From Candidatus Methylomirabilota bacterium (lineage in GTDB: Bacteria > Acidobacteriota > Thermoanaerobaculia > Thermoanaerobaculales > Sulfomarinibacteraceae), in contig DATHSO010000191.1 of NCBI GenBank assembly GCA_035464095.1, positions 1,009-65,008 on the forward strand: a stretch of DNA of 64,000 nt. The letters run 5' to 3'. Below the pieces are notes generated by a model. It had not been told where the DNA came from, did no database searches, and saw nothing but the letters and a program-made list of their open reading frames with translations. Shown in pieces: positions 16,730 to 26,311 of the stretch. A program made the position numbers and the translations under genes. Numbering within the stretch: the first letter of the stretch is position 1; every line of letters starts with the position of its first letter.

Positions 16730-19700
16730 ATGAAGGCACTCGAGAGGGTTCGTTTCGCGTTCATCGTGATCGCGGCGCTGGTCGTCGGGTTCGTGCCGTC
16801 GTCGGCCTCGGAGCAGGTCGCGATGGTCAAGGACATCGCCGCCGGGCCGGGCACCATGCCCGGCGACCCCAGGAACCTGCGGGCGCTCGACGGCAGCGTG
16901 GTGTTCTTCGCCGACGACTTCGCCCACGGCTTCGAGCTCTGGGCAACCGACGGGACCGCGGCGGGGACCTCCCTGCTGCGCGACATCCGCCTCGGTCCCT
17001 ATGGGTCGATGACGAGCAACTCCGAGAGCTGCGTGATGGGGGGGGAGCTCTTCTTCGTGGCCGACGACCAGGAGTGGGGCGACGAGCTGTGGAAGACCGA
17101 CGGCACGCCGAGCGGCACGGTGCGGGTCTCCGACGCCTACCCCGGCTACAGCTACTCGGACGTCAATTACCTGACCACCGTCGGCGACAGGGTTTTCTTC
17201 TGCGCCTCGAGCCCGGGCCTCGGCCAGGAGCTCTGGGTGACCGACGGCACCCAGGCCGGGACGAGCCTGGTCATGGACATCAACCCGGGCGACGGCTCGT
17301 CGTGCGGCGGGGGTGCGGTCGACCTCGGCGGAGTGCTGCTCTTCACCGCCAGCGATGGCGTTCACGGCTCCGAGCTGTGGCGCAGCGACGGGACGCTCGC
17401 CGGGACCTTCATGGTCAAGGACATCAAGCCCGGCAATCCCGGCAGCGATCCGAGCGGCACCTACGTCCACGACGGTGTCGCCTACTTCTCGGCGGACGAC
17501 CCCACTGCCGGCGACGAGCTCTTCAGGAGCGACGGCACCGAGGCCGGTACGGTGCTGGTGAAGGACATCAACCCGGGCTCCGCGAGCTCCTACGTCCAGG
17601 CCCTCGCCTCGTCGGGGGGCACCCTCTTCTTCGTGGCCAGCGACGGCGTCACCCCCTACGAGCTGTTCAAGACCGACGGGACCGGACCCGGCACGGTGCT
17701 GGTGAAGGACATCAACCCGGGCTCGAGCGGGTCCTCCCCGAGCCAGCTGACCGACCTCGGCGGCACGCTCCTCTTCGCCGCGTCGAGCGGCAGCGGGCGG
17801 GAGCTCTGGAAGAGCGACGGCACCGGAGCAGGAACCGTGCAGGTCAAGGACCTCTGGCCCGGCGCGGGTTCCTCCAACCCGGCCTCCCTGACTCCGGTGG
17901 ACAGCGAGCTGTACTTCTCCGCCCAGACCTCGGCCACCGGCAACGAGCTGTGGAAGAGCGACGGCACCGAGGCCGGGACGGTGCTTGTGGCGGACATCTC
18001 GCCGGGCGCCGATCACTCCTACCCGAGGGATCTCGCCGCCGTCGGGGGCGCGCTGGCGTTCTCGGCGGAGGATGCGGACGATGTGAGGCGGCTGTGGGTC
18101 AGCGACGGAACCGGCCCTGGCACGGCGATGCTCGAGTACGGCGAGCTGGCGGCATCGGGCGACCCGTCCGACCTGGCGCCCCTCGGTGACCGCGTCGTGT
18201 TCTCGGCCTGGGAGGCTGCGACCGGGCACGAGCTGTGGGTCAGCGACGGAACCGAGGTGGGGACGAGCCTCGTCGAGGACATCGCGCCCGGCCCGTCGGG
18301 GAGCACTCCCTTCTTCATGACATCGCTCGGTGGGTCGGTCGTGTTCGTCGCCGACGACGGTGTCGCCGGCCAGGAGCTCTGGATCACCGATGGCACGTCC
18401 GCAGGCACCTCGATGATCAAGGACATCAACCCCGGCTCGAGCCACGCCCTGCCGCAAGACCTGGTGGTCCTGGGCGATAGAGTCGTGTTCGCCGCCCGCG
18501 ATCCGTCGGTCAACCCCTGGGTCACCGACGGGACCGAGGCCGGGACCGTCAAGCTCACCGCCTCGTGCAGCAACGCCATCGACTTCTACTCCGACGGCTC
18601 CACGGTCTACTTCTCGTGCTATGCCAGCGCAGTGGGCGCCGAGCTCTGGAAGACCGACGGGACGCCGGCGGGAACGACGATGGTCAAGGACATCGTGGCC
18701 GGGCCGTCGTCGTCGAATCCCAAGCACTTCGGAGCGGTTGGCGGCGTCGTGTACTTCAGCGTTGTGTACGACTCGGAGCTCTGGAGGACCGACGGCACGC
18801 CGGCCGGAACCCAGCTGGTGAGCACCATCGCCGCCGGGACCAACTTCCCCTACGGCTTCACCGAGCTCGGCGGGGCGGCGTTCTTCAGGGCGTTGGGCGA
18901 CGGCGGCAGCGAGCTGTGGACGAGCGACGGCACCGCGGCCGGGACCGTCCAGGTCATCGACCTAGCTTCCGGGGGCGGCAACTCGTACCCCTCTTACCTG
19001 ACCCCCTTCAACGGGCAGCTGCTGTTCCTCGCCAACGACGCGGTCAGCGGCGGTGAGCTCTGGATCACCGACGGGACCGCCGCCGGCACGGTCCAGGTCG
19101 TCGACCTGGCGCCCGGTGCCGTCGGCACACCGCTCGCCGACCGCTTCGAGCCCTACCCGGTCTTCAACGGCTCGGCCTGGCTGGCGGCCCACGACGGTCT
19201 CACCGGCTCCGAGCTGTGGAAGACCGACGGCACCTCCTCGGGGACGCTGCAGGCGCTGGACGTCAATCCCGGTGCCGACTCGTCGTCGCCGGATGAGTGG
19301 ACCCGCGCCGGCCGCCGGCTGTTCTTCGCCGCGGACGACGGGATCCACGGCCGCGAGCTGTGGAGCGCGGTGGTCGCCGCCGACCTGGCGATCACCAAGG
19401 ACGACGGTCTGAGCGCCGTCGAGCCCGGGCAGACCGCGACCTACACCATCACCGCGACCAACAGCGGGCCCTCCGACGACCCTGCTGCGCACATTGTCGA
19501 CCTCTTCCCGGCGGGGCTCGACTGCAGCTGGACCTGCGCGGCCAGCGGCGGCGCGTCGTGTGCCGCCGGCCCGGTGGTCGGCGACATCGACGACACCGTC
19601 GGCCTTCCCGTCGGGGGTGCGGTGACCTACACTGCCGGCTGCACGGTGCTGGCCACGAGCGGTGTGATCAGCAACACCGCCACCGTCGCCACCTCCCCCG

Positions 19701-20674
19701 ACGTCGAGGACCCCGAGCCCTCCGACAACACTGCCACCGACGACACCACGGTCGTCGAACGCGACTTCGGCGATGCGCCGGACCCCTCCTACGAAACTCT
19801 GATGGCCTCCGACGGCGCCCGCCACGGGCTGGGCTCCGGCCTGTTCCTGGGCTTCACCGTCGACGCCGAGCTCGACGGCCAGCCGACGGCGAGCGCCGAC
19901 GGCGACGACCTCGACGGCACCGACGACGAGGACGGCGTGGTCTTCACATCGGGTCTCGGCAGAGGGCTCGAGGCATCGCTCGAGGTCACGGCGTCGGGAG
20001 CCGGGCTGGTCAACGCCTGGGTCGACCTCAATGCCGACGGCGACTGGCACGATGCCGGGGAGCAGGTCTTCATCGATCGACCGGTGGTCGCTGGCGTCAA
20101 CGTGCTGGGCTTCCCGGTCCCGGCCGGCGCGACACTGGGCACGACCTTCGCCCGCTTCCGTCTCGACTCGGCCGGAGGTCTGGCTGTCTCCGGCTACGCC
20201 GCGGACGGCGAGGTCGAGGACCTCGTGGTCGACATCGTCGAGGGCCCGGACCTCCTGGTCGACATGACAGCGTCGGTGGAGCCGGCTCCGTCCGGCAGGC
20301 CCTTGACCTACACCGTCACGGTGACCAACAACGGGCCGCTTCCCGCGAGCTCGGTGACGCTGAGCGACACGTTGCCCGCCGAGCTGAGCTTCGTCGGGTC
20401 GACGCCGGGACCGCCCGACTGCAGCTTCGCAAGCGGCACCCTGACCTGCGATCTCGGCTCCATGGCGGCGCTGGAGAGCATCCAGGTCACCGTCGAGACC
20501 GTCCTCGGCCACCCGGTGTGGGGCTCGTTCAGCAACACCGCCTCGGTGACGGCGGCGGAGCTCGACCCGATCACCGCCAACAACGCGGCCACCGTCGACA
20601 CCCGAATCGCCGTCTTCGTCGACGGCTGGGAGACCGGCGACCTGGGCGCGTGGTCGTTGTCCAGCGGCGACTGA
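16730..20674 (+). CDS. Giant secreted ELWxxDGT-repeat protein with DUF11-like and GEVED-like C-terminal domains
   Basis: 1314 aa with a signal-like N-terminus (FAFIVIAALVVGFVPSSASE). There are 17 full ELW/ELF-x-[ST]DGTxxGT units of about 50 aa. Next come two DUF11-like segments (TYTITATNSGPSD, TYTVTVTNNGPLPAS) flanking a GEVED-like segment (DFGDAP..NAWVDLNADGDW..ADGEVEDLVVDI). The protein ends FVDGWETGDLGAWSLSSGD. Confidence 0.8.
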   Translation: MKALERVRFAFIVIAALVVGFVPSSASEQVAMVKDIAAGPGTMPGDPRNLRALDGSVVFFADDFAHGFELWATDGTAAGTSLLRDIRLGPYGSMTSNSESCVMGGELFFVADDQEWGDELWKTDGTPSGTVRVSDAYPGYSYSDVNYLTTVGDRVFFCASSPGLGQELWVTDGTQAGTSLVMDINPGDGSSCGGGAVDLGGVLLFTASDGVHGSELWRSDGTLAGTFMVKDIKPGNPGSDPSGTYVHDGVAYFSADDPTAGDELFRSDGTEAGTVLVKDINPGSASSYVQALASSGGTLFFVASDGVTPYELFKTDGTGPGTVLVKDINPGSSGSSPSQLTDLGGTLLFAASSGSGRELWKSDGTGAGTVQVKDLWPGAGSSNPASLTPVDSELYFSAQTSATGNELWKSDGTEAGTVLVADISPGADHSYPRDLAAVGGALAFSAEDADDVRRLWVSDGTGPGTAMLEYGELAASGDPSDLAPLGDRVVFSAWEAATGHELWVSDGTEVGTSLVEDIAPGPSGSTPFFMTSLGGSVVFVADDGVAGQELWITDGTSAGTSMIKDINPGSSHALPQDLVVLGDRVVFAARDPSVNPWVTDGTEAGTVKLTASCSNAIDFYSDGSTVYFSCYASAVGAELWKTDGTPAGTTMVKDIVAGPSSSNPKHFGAVGGVVYFSVVYDSELWRTDGTPAGTQLVSTIAAGTNFPYGFTELGGAAFFRALGDGGSELWTSDGTAAGTVQVIDLASGGGNSYPSYLTPFNGQLLFLANDAVSGGELWITDGTAAGTVQVVDLAPGAVGTPLADRFEPYPVFNGSAWLAAHDGLTGSELWKTDGTSSGTLQALDVNPGADSSSPDEWTRAGRRLFFAADDGIHGRELWSAVVAADLAITKDDGLSAVEPGQTATYTITATNSGPSDDPAAHIVDLFPAGLDCSWTCAASGGASCAAGPVVGDIDDTVGLPVGGAVTYTAGCTVLATSGVISNTATVATSPDVEDPEPSDNTATDDTTVVERDFGDAPDPSYETLMASDGARHGLGSGLFLGFTVDAELDGQPTASADGDDLDGTDDEDGVVFTSGLGRGLEASLEVTASGAGLVNAWVDLNADGDWHDAGEQVFIDRPVVAGVNVLGFPVPAGATLGTTFARFRLDSAGGLAVSGYAADGEVEDLVVDIVEGPDLLVDMTASVEPAPSGRPLTYTVTVTNNGPLPASSVTLSDTLPAELSFVGSTPGPPDCSFASGTLTCDLGSMAALESIQVTVETVLGHPVWGSFSNTASVTAAELDPITANNAATVDTRIAVFVDGWETGDLGAWSLSSGD
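16934..19366 (+). repeat. Coding tandem repeat array (ELWxxDGT units, ~150 nt period)
   Basis: The first unit starts at the GAG of ELWATDGT (16934). The last partial ELWS is at 19355-19366. Units were counted in the translated ORF. Confidence 0.8.
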
Positions 20675-20773
20675 AGCAGGGTCCGGGAGAGGGCGGACCG
20701 GTCGCGACCGCGCCGTCACGTGCAGGGCAGGAAGCGGACCGTGGACTCGAGCTCCTCGAGGACCTCGGCCACC

Positions 20774-21784
20774 TCAGGGACGCTCTCCGCCAGCCACCGA
20801 CGCCAGGGCGAGGGCGAAGTAGCCGTCCTCCGAGCAGAACCAGTGGCGCGGGGTGAAGCCGGCGCCGGCCAGCAGCGCCGCCGCGCTGTCGCGGGTGAAC
20901 TTGCGCGAGATCTCTGTTCGGATGCGCTCGGCCCGGCGGATGTCCAGCACCATGTCGAAGCCCTCGAGGCACACCCGCAGGTCGCGGCGTGCCTCGAGGT
21001 ACATCTCGATCTGGCTGGCCGCAGCGTTGAAGATCGCCACGTGCTCGAAGTCGGCGGGGTCGAAGTCGCCGCCGACCTCGCGGTTCACCACGTCGAGGAT
21101 GTTGCGGTTGAACTCGGCGGTGATGCCGGCCCGGTCGTTGTAGGCCGCCTCCAGGACCGCCACCGGCTTGACCAGGTCGACCCCGAGCAGGAACCAGTCG
21201 CCGTCGGCTAGCCGCTCGCGCAGGCGGCGGAGCAGGGAAACGCCGGCAACCGGCGTGAAGTTGCCGATGGTGCTGCCCAGGAAGGCGGCGAGGCAGCCGG
21301 GCGAGGGCTGCAGCGAGGCCAGGCTGCGGGTGTAGTCGCAGAGCACGCCGTCCACCCGGACGCCGGGGAACTCGTCGGCCACCGAGGCGGCCTCGTCGAG
21401 GGCGTAGCGGCTGATGTCGAGCGGTGCATAGCGCAGCTCCGGCTCCTCCCTGACCAGTGCGCCGATCAGTGCGCGCGTCTTGCGGGCGGTGCCGGACCCC
21501 AGCTCCACGAGCTCCGAGGCCCTCGTGATGCGCGCGATCTCGCTGGCCCGCTCGTCGAGCAGGCGCTGCTCGGTCCGGGTCGGGTAGTACTCGGGCAGGT
21601 CGCAGATGGCGTCGAACAGGGCCGACCCCCGGTCGTCGTAGAAGTACTTGCTGGGGATCGACCGGGGGCGCGCGGCGAGACCGCGGCGGATATCCTCAGG
21701 TGCCGGGCCACCGTGCCGCTCGGGCGGCCTCACGCCTCGGCTCTGCCGGGCTTCGATCTGTGGGCTCTCCATCTGGGGCGCCAT
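20774..21784 (-). CDS. EgtD-family SAM-dependent methyltransferase (histidine N-alpha-methyltransferase-like)
   Basis: I place the start at ATG 21784 (MAPQMESPQ..). DIRRGLAARPRSIPSKYFYDDRGSALFDAICDLPEYYPTRTEQRLL is the EgtD N-terminal pattern. No EgtB/C/E-like neighbours were seen. Confidence 0.8.
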   Translation of the reverse strand: MAPQMESPQIEARQSRGVRPPERHGGPAPEDIRRGLAARPRSIPSKYFYDDRGSALFDAICDLPEYYPTRTEQRLLDERASEIARITRASELVELGSGTARKTRALIGALVREEPELRYAPLDISRYALDEAASVADEFPGVRVDGVLCDYTRSLASLQPSPGCLAAFLGSTIGNFTPVAGVSLLRRLRERLADGDWFLLGVDLVKPVAVLEAAYNDRAGITAEFNRNILDVVNREVGGDFDPADFEHVAIFNAAASQIEMYLEARRDLRVCLEGFDMVLDIRRAERIRTEISRKFTRDSAAALLAGAGFTPRHWFCSEDGYFALALASVAGGERP

Positions 21785-22045
21785 GCACGTCCCTTTCGAG
21801 CGACTCGCTGTTACGGGCTCGACGGTCGTTTCCACGACTAACCCGGGGACGAGGGTCGTTCTTCCGATCTGCGGCGGAGGACGTCCGTGATGGCAAATCG
21901 ACCTCGAGCACCGGGAAAGCCAGCCGCGATCGAGCCGAGCCTCCGGCCCAGCCGGGGACCCCGTGGGGTCCCGTGGCTGGGCCGTGTGGTTGGTCACCGG
22001 ACCGCACGGCCGGAGCCGTCGCGGTCCGCGAAGGCCCGGCACGCG

Positions 22046-23266
22046 TCAGTCGCGGGCACCGATCTGGCCGCGGACCTCGCCGCCCGGGTAGGTCGTGGTG
22101 TGCGCGTTGACGTACAGGGCGCCGGTGCGCAGCGCCGACACGAACGCCGGGAAGTCGCCCGCGAACGGACCGCCGTCGAGGTCGCTCTCGTCGAGCGTGA
22201 TCTCGATCTCGATCTCGTCGTCGTCGCAGTCGCCGCTGTCGTCGTCACAGTCGTCGTCGCCTCGGTCGGCGCCGTGGCGCCAGCCCTGGGATTCGCAGTT
22301 GCCGTTGCCGGGGTTGTCACAGTCGTCGGTCGGGTACAACGTGGCCACGATCGGGCCGTTGACACCGGGATCACCGAGGTGGATGTGGGCGGCCGTGAAA
22401 CCGTACAGGTCCTTGATCTTGAGCTTGACCTTCAGGCGATGATTGCCCTCGAGCTTGAGTCGTGCCTCACCGTGGGCGTCCGAGTCTGCCGGCGGAGCTT
22501 CCGCGAAGCCGCTCAGGTCGGTCGAGAACTGCCGGCTGCGTTCGTCGCCGAGGCCGACCACGGTCAGTCGGGCCACCGGTCCGGTCCAGGCGTGCTGGGC
22601 CCCGAGATCGCCGACGAGGGCGATTCCCGGATGGAGCGCCACCGGCTGGTGCGGAACCGAGTCGACGGCCACGTTCTCGTTGCCGTTCGGGTCGCCCGCG
22701 AGGACGACCGGGCCGAGGGCGCTGCAGGGATCCGGCAGGTCGCCGCTGAGCTCCGTGTTGTCCTCGCTGCCGGCGTCGAAGCCGAGGAGCCGGTAGGTGT
22801 CGCCTCCCTTCGGCAGCTTGATGCGGTCGACGCCGCTGAGCCCGTCGTTGGTGCACACCAGCATGGTCACCAGCGACAGCCGGTCGCCGCCGCGGGCCTG
22901 GATGTCGACGGTGGCGCGGTCGGTGAAGCCGCCCGCGCTCGAACCGGCCGGTACCAGAGGTGCTCCGAAGTCGACGACCTCGTTGACTCCGTGCAAACCG
23001 AGCAGGAGCTGGACCAGGGGCTGTTGGTCGCCGTTCTCGGCGAGCAGCTCGGCCTCGGCCGAGACCGGCTGCCCCACCTCGAAGAGAACGTGGTTGGGTC
23101 GGTGGGTCGCTGCCACCGGGGGTGACAGCGGCTGGCCCGACGTGAGGTTCTCGAGGGTTACGCGGTACATGTCGGCATCGCTGGCGTCGGTTGGAGACGC
23201 CACGATCGAGCACAATGCTGCGATGACCAGGGCTGCCAGGGGAACGGGGCGGATGTGATGGTCCAT
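22046..23266 (-). CDS. Secreted spondin_N + CHRD domain protein with acidic Asp/Cys-rich insert
   Basis: 406 aa with a signal peptide (PLAALVIAALCSIVASPTDA). It has a spondin_N-like region (YRVTLENLTSGQPLSPPVAATH). The CHRD-like C-terminal half (HGEARLKLEGNHRLKVKLKIKDLYGFTAAHIHLG .. LYVNAHTTTYPGGEVRGQI) is interrupted by DDDCDDDSGDCDDDEIEIEITLDESD. Confidence 0.65.
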   Translation of the reverse strand: MDHHIRPVPLAALVIAALCSIVASPTDASDADMYRVTLENLTSGQPLSPPVAATHRPNHVLFEVGQPVSAEAELLAENGDQQPLVQLLLGLHGVNEVVDFGAPLVPAGSSAGGFTDRATVDIQARGGDRLSLVTMLVCTNDGLSGVDRIKLPKGGDTYRLLGFDAGSEDNTELSGDLPDPCSALGPVVLAGDPNGNENVAVDSVPHQPVALHPGIALVGDLGAQHAWTGPVARLTVVGLGDERSRQFSTDLSGFAEAPPADSDAHGEARLKLEGNHRLKVKLKIKDLYGFTAAHIHLGDPGVNGPIVATLYPTDDCDNPGNGNCESQGWRHGADRGDDDCDDDSGDCDDDEIEIEITLDESDLDGGPFAGDFPAFVSALRTGALYVNAHTTTYPGGEVRGQIGARD

Positions 23267-23361
23267 GGAGCTTCCCTCGCCTTCGGCCCTTCCCGACCGT
23301 GAGCCCCCGCTGCGACGGCGGCGGGCTCCGAGCTCACGATCTGCGGGCTGAGGTTTTCTTC

Positions 23362-23378
23362 ACTCATGGATCATGAGT
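23362..23378. promoter_or_regulatory. 17-bp palindrome ACTCATG-GAT-CATGAGT in the divergent spondin/CHRD - cydA intergenic region
   Basis: Perfect 7-bp arms with a 3-bp spacer. It lies about 95 bp upstream of the minus-strand gene start (23266) and about 245 bp upstream of cydA. The operator role is a guess. Confidence 0.25.
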
Positions 23379-23620
23379 CCGCGTTGCAATCTCATGCTCT
23401 GGGGCGTCGCCTGATCGCGACCGGGGGCGGTGTCGGATATCTCGATCGACGCGCCCGGCGGTGACGCGGCCACGATTCGAGGCCGAGCGTCGGGCTGCTC
23501 CCCACCTACCTGGTAGCCGTGGGGCCGAACCCGCCGCTGCTCCCGCTCTGATCGGCGGCTGCGGGCGACGCTGTCCGTGCCGGCCGGGATTCGCTAGACT
23601 CGGGGCCGAGGAGGCGCGAC

Positions 23621-25147
23621 ATGGACGTCGTCCTGCTGTCCCGCATTCAGTTCGCCCTCACTATCGCCTTCCACTACATCTTCCCGCCGCTCACCATCGG
23701 CATGGGCATCGTGCTGGTCTTCCTCGAGGGCCGGTACCTGCAGACCGGCAAGAAGATCTACGAGACGGCCGCCAGGTTCTGGACCAAGATCTTCGCCCTC
23801 AACTTCGCCATCGGCGTCGCCAGCGGCATCGTCATGGAGTTCCAGTTCGGGACCAACTGGGCGACCTACTCGCGCTTCGTGGGCGACGTCTTCGGCTCGG
23901 CCCTGGCCGCCGAGGGGATCTTCGCCTTCTTCCTGGAGTCGGGCTTCCTGGCGGTGCTGGTCTTCGGCTGGGACCGGGTGTCGCCGAAGATGCACTTCTT
24001 CTCGACCCTGATGGTCGCCCTGGGCTCGATCTTCTCGGCGGTCTGGATCGTGGTCGCCAACAGCTGGCAGCAGACCCCGGCCGGCCACCACATCGTGCCG
24101 GTGCTGCGCGACGGCAAGCAGCTTCTGATCGGCGGCGAGCCGGTGTTCCGGGCCGAGATCGTCGACTTCTGGGCGTTGGTCTTCAACCCCTCGACCGTGC
24201 ACCGGCTGGGCCACGTCCTGATCGGGGCCTTCATCGTCGGCGCCTTCTTCATCATGAGCATCTCGGCCTACTACCTGCTGCGCGGCCGCCACCTGGAGTT
24301 CGCCAAGCACTCCTTCGCCGGGGCGCTGCTGCTGGCCACCGTCTCGTCCCTGGCCGCCCTGGTGTCGGGCCACCTCCAGGCCGACATGGTCTACCACCAT
24401 CAGCCGGCCAAGCTCGCCGCCTTCGAGGGCCACTTCGAGACCGGGCCGGCCGACATGAGCCTGGTGGGCTGGCCGGACGCCGAGGCCGAGGTGGTCCGCT
24501 TCAACCTCGCGGTGCCGGGCGGCCTGAGCTTCCTGCTCCACTGGGATCCAGCGGTGCCGGTGGTCGGCCTCGACCGTTTCCGGCCCGACGACCGGCCGCC
24601 GCTGCTCATCCCCTTCGCCACCTACCACCTCATGATCGGGCTCGGCATGGCCTTCATCGCCGTCACCCTGCTCGCCTGCTTCCTGCTCTGGCGTGGTCGG
24701 CTGTGGGAGACGCGGTGGCTGCTGTGGGTCTTCGTGTTCGCGGTGGTGGGCGCCATGGTCGCCAACCAGGTCGGCTGGGTCGCGGCCGAGGTCGGCCGAC
24801 AGCCCTGGATCGTCCACCCGCCGGTGGCCTGGACCGACGGCGGCGACCTCGTGGTCGGGCCGAGCGGCGTCGTCGAGTACGACGAGAAGCTCGGCCTGCG
24901 CACCACCGACGCGGTCAGCCCCAACGTGACCGCCGGGCAGGTGCTGGGCTCGGTGATCGGCTTCGGCCTGATCTACCTGCTGCTCGGCGCGGTCTGGGTC
25001 TTCGTCCTGGACCGCAAGATCCGCCAGGGGCCCGAGCCCCCCGACAAGGACCGGGAGAAGGACCTGGTCGAGGCCGCCACCGCCCTGCAGAAGCGGGCGA
25101 GCGGGATGACCGGCGACCGGCGGGGCGCCGCCGACGAGACGGCGTGA
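23621..25147 (+). CDS. cydA: Cytochrome bd ubiquinol oxidase subunit I
   Basis: 508 aa. [29 protein letters not shown] is the conserved CydA N-terminus. The protein is polytopic, and GAGGAGG lies upstream. Confidence 0.9.
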   Translation: MDVVLLSRIQFALTIAFHYIFPPLTIGMGIVLVFLEGRYLQTGKKIYETAARFWTKIFALNFAIGVASGIVMEFQFGTNWATYSRFVGDVFGSALAAEGIFAFFLESGFLAVLVFGWDRVSPKMHFFSTLMVALGSIFSAVWIVVANSWQQTPAGHHIVPVLRDGKQLLIGGEPVFRAEIVDFWALVFNPSTVHRLGHVLIGAFIVGAFFIMSISAYYLLRGRHLEFAKHSFAGALLLATVSSLAALVSGHLQADMVYHHQPAKLAAFEGHFETGPADMSLVGWPDAEAEVVRFNLAVPGGLSFLLHWDPAVPVVGLDRFRPDDRPPLLIPFATYHLMIGLGMAFIAVTLLACFLLWRGRLWETRWLLWVFVFAVVGAMVANQVGWVAAEVGRQPWIVHPPVAWTDGGDLVVGPSGVVEYDEKLGLRTTDAVSPNVTAGQVLGSVIGFGLIYLLLGAVWVFVLDRKIRQGPEPPDKDREKDLVEAATALQKRASGMTGDRRGAADETA

Positions 25148-25157
25148 GGAGGGCGGC

Positions 25158-26186
25158 ATGGACTTCGAGACCCTGAGCGTTATCTGGTTCTTCATCGCGG
25201 GCGTCCTGCTCGCCGGCTACGCAGTCCTCGACGGCTTCGACCTCGGCGTCGGCATCCTCCACCCCTTCGTCGCCCACGACGACACCGAGCGGCGGATCTC
25301 CATGAACTCCATCGGCCCGCTGTGGGACGGCAACGAGGTCTGGCTGGTGACCTTCGGCGGCGTCCTGTTCGCGGCCTTCCCCAACGCCTACGCCACGGTG
25401 TTCTCGGGCTTCTACGTCGCCTTCATGCTGCTGCTGTTCGCGCTCATCTTCCGGGCCGTGTCGTTGGAGTTCCGCAGCAAGAACCGGTCCCGTGCGTGGC
25501 GGCGGTTCTGGGACTGGGGCTTCTTCTCGGGCTCGGCGCTGGCCACCCTGCTGTTCGGGGTGGCGGTGGGCAACGCCGTCCACGGCCTGCCCCTGGACGC
25601 CGAGGGCAACGTCCTCGCCTCGGTCCTCGAGCAGCTCAACCCCTACGCCGTGCTGGTCGGGATCATGACCGTGTCGCTGTTCGCCCTCCACGGTGGCCTC
25701 TACCTCTACCTCAAGACCGAGGGCGAGTTCCAGCACCGGCTGCGCGACTGGATGTGGCGCTCGTGGGGCTTCTTCCTGGTCACCTTCATGCTGACCACGG
25801 TCTACACGGTGGCCGAGGTGCCGCGGGCGACCCTCAACTTCGAGCGCTTCCCGGCCCTGGTGGTGGTGGTGATCGCGGCCGTCCTGGCGGTGGCCAACAT
25901 CCCGCGCTGCCTGTACTGGGACCGCCCGGGGCAGGCCTTCATCTCGAGCATCGTGACCATCGTGTCCCTGGTGGCGCTGTTCGGGGCCGCCCTGTTCCCC
26001 AACCTGGTGACCGCGAGCAACGACCCGGCTCTGAGCGTGACGATCTACAACGCCGCCTCGAGCGCCAAGACCCTGGGCATCATGCTGCTGATCGCCGTCA
26101 TCGGGATGCCCTTCGTGCTCGCCTACACCGGCATCATCTACTGGACCTTCCGGGGCAAGGTCGAGCTCGGCGAGCACTCCTACTGA
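25158..26186 (+). CDS. cydB: Cytochrome bd ubiquinol oxidase subunit II
   Basis: 342 aa, starting 10 nt after cydA. It has the CydB-type N-terminus LSVIWFFIAGVLLAGYAVLDGFDLGVGIL. Confidence 0.9.
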   Translation: MDFETLSVIWFFIAGVLLAGYAVLDGFDLGVGILHPFVAHDDTERRISMNSIGPLWDGNEVWLVTFGGVLFAAFPNAYATVFSGFYVAFMLLLFALIFRAVSLEFRSKNRSRAWRRFWDWGFFSGSALATLLFGVAVGNAVHGLPLDAEGNVLASVLEQLNPYAVLVGIMTVSLFALHGGLYLYLKTEGEFQHRLRDWMWRSWGFFLVTFMLTTVYTVAEVPRATLNFERFPALVVVVIAAVLAVANIPRCLYWDRPGQAFISSIVTIVSLVALFGAALFPNLVTASNDPALSVTIYNAASSAKTLGIMLLIAVIGMPFVLAYTGIIYWTFRGKVELGEHSY

Positions 26187-26233
26187 CGATTCGTTGCCGG
26201 ACGGTTCGCCGGGCGAACCGCGCAACGAATCGT
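26186..26233 (+). terminator. GC-rich hairpin directly after the cydB stop
   Basis: ACGATTCGTTGC ... GCAACGAATCGT forms a 12-bp outer stem, with an inner GGTTCG/CGAACC stem. There is no T-tract, so intrinsic-terminator function is uncertain. Confidence 0.4.
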
Positions 26234-26311
26234 GGTCGGGCCGCGGCGGCCCGAAACGGGCCTCGTTTCCTGTAGCGGTCGCCGGCCCTGACTGCCCGGA
26301 CGGCAGCGACG

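Noticed and set aside
16514-20856. ORFs antisense or out-of-frame to the ELWxxDGT gene (737 aa, 521 aa, 585 aa, 519 aa); also the ~150-nt periodicity as a possible CRISPR-like array
   Set aside because: These are shadow ORFs. The periodicity comes from diverged coding repeats in one long ORF. There are no identical direct repeats with unique spacers, so it is not a CRISPR array.
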